This document shows, piece by piece, positions 63,502 through 64,000 of a DNA stretch of 64,000 nucleotides. The number at the start of each line of letters is the position of its first letter. Position 1 is the stretch's first letter. Source of the stretch: an uncultured Bacteroidota bacterium. GTDB lineage: Bacteria; Bacteroidota; Bacteroidia; Chitinophagales; Saprospiraceae. The position numbers were made by a program, and so were the translations under genes. The DNA is taken from assembly GCA_937870795.1 (NCBI GenBank), contig CALMWS010000074.1, positions 7,159 through 71,158 of the forward strand. Reading direction: 5' to 3'. The notes below the pieces were generated by a model, which ran no database searches, was not told the DNA's origin, and saw only the letters and a list, made by a program, of their open reading frames with translations.

Positions 63502-64000
63502 ATGGAGAATACAGCCGACATTCTGATCATCGGCGCGGGTCCTGTTGGGCTCTTTACCGTTTTTGAAGCAGGATTATTAAAATTAAGATGCCACCTGGTA
63601 GATTCATTGGCAGGCCCCGGTGGTCAACTCAATGAGATTTACCCCAAAAAACCCATCTACGATATTCCGGGTTATCCCGAAGTTTTGGCCACTGATCTGG
63701 TGGAAAATCTGATGAAACAAATCGAGCCCTTTCATCCAACTTTTACGTTTGGAGAAAGAGCTGAAAAATTGGAAAAAGTTGGTGAGCGTCAGTACAAGGT
63801 GACAACCAATAAGGGAACAGAACTATTTGCTCCGGTTGTGGCCATTGCCGGGGGCTTAGGCAGTTTTGAACCCCGTAAACCTCCCATTGAAGGCATCGAA
63901 AAATACGAAGACAAAGGCATTGATTACATCATTAAAAATCCAGAGAAGTACCGGGGTAAAAAATTGCTGATCGCAGGTGGGGGTGATTCTGCTCTTGACT
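63502..64000 (+). CDS. Ferredoxin--NADP reductase, thioredoxin-reductase-like type (3'-truncated by the window edge)
   Basis: It is absent from the ORF track because there is no stop within the window. The translation MENTADILIIGAGPVGLFTVFEAGLLKLRCHLVDSLAGPGGQLNEIYPKKPIYDIPGYPE matches the YumC/TRLF-type FNR N-terminus (GxGxxG FAD site). A second GGGDSA NADPH motif appears at the window edge. Confidence 0.85.
   Translation, partial: MENTADILIIGAGPVGLFTVFEAGLLKLRCHLVDSLAGPGGQLNEIYPKKPIYDIPGYPEVLATDLVENLMKQIEPFHPTFTFGERAEKLEKVGERQYKVTTNKGTELFAPVVAIAGGLGSFEPRKPPIEGIEKYEDKGIDYIIKNPEKYRGKKLLIAGGGDSALD

Noticed and set aside
1-64000. Search for mobile elements, phage-defence genes, toxin-antitoxin pairs, CRISPR-Cas and rRNA/tRNA.
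   Set aside because: I found no transposase, integrase, recombinase, restriction or methylase, helicase-nuclease, reverse transcriptase or Cas-like ORF. I noticed no long terminal inverted repeats by eye. The window reads as core and accessory envelope genes rather than a defence island.

Overview
This window looks like a Bacteroidota chromosome segment. The support is T9SS type-A and type-B C-terminal sorting domains, a Bat/aerotolerance operon, many lipoproteins, and repeated TAnnTTTG -7 promoter boxes. It is densely coding. I call 55 CDS, one SRP (4.5S) RNA that the ORF track cannot show, several intrinsic terminators and two simple repeats. I found no rRNA, tRNA, CRISPR array, transposase, integrase or recognisable phage-defence gene.

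Gene content, in order:
- The end of the dcw cluster (murC-ftsQ-ftsA-ftsZ), then nhaC.
- A minus-strand block: membrane protein, AhpD-like protein, large exported protein, fumarylacetoacetase.
- tex, then a thioredoxin protein with a dockerin-like tail.
- An A/T-rich four-gene ECF-sigma cassette ending in a large T9SS cargo.
- clpB, a YegP-OmpA fusion, and a small detox-like cluster.
- A DUF1080/PA14 protein paired with a beta-propeller dehydrogenase-cytochrome c.
- A ten-gene MoxR-DUF58-vWA (Bat) operon.
- An MBOAT pair, ffs, fsa, sucB, rfbCD, hsp20, phoD and a DinB-TetR-thioesterase operon.
- A FecI/FecR/TonB-receptor module with an MbnP-like lipoprotein and a second, orphan MoxR.
- A short methylmalonyl-CoA-mutase-like gene and a partial ferredoxin-NADP reductase.

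The items most worth following up are:
- the expanded Bat operon, which has an inserted unknown exported protein, a BatB-BatC fusion and a T9SS cargo gene 1 nt downstream of batD;
- the ECF-sigma/T9SS cassette with cohesin- and dockerin-like modules;
- a telomere-like, G-quadruplex-prone 32-nt tandem repeat between two cistrons at about 10.33-10.40 kb.

Nothing here is a clear-cut novel system, and the functional claims are inference from motifs I recognise by eye. Hand-located DNA features are accurate to about +/-2 nt.
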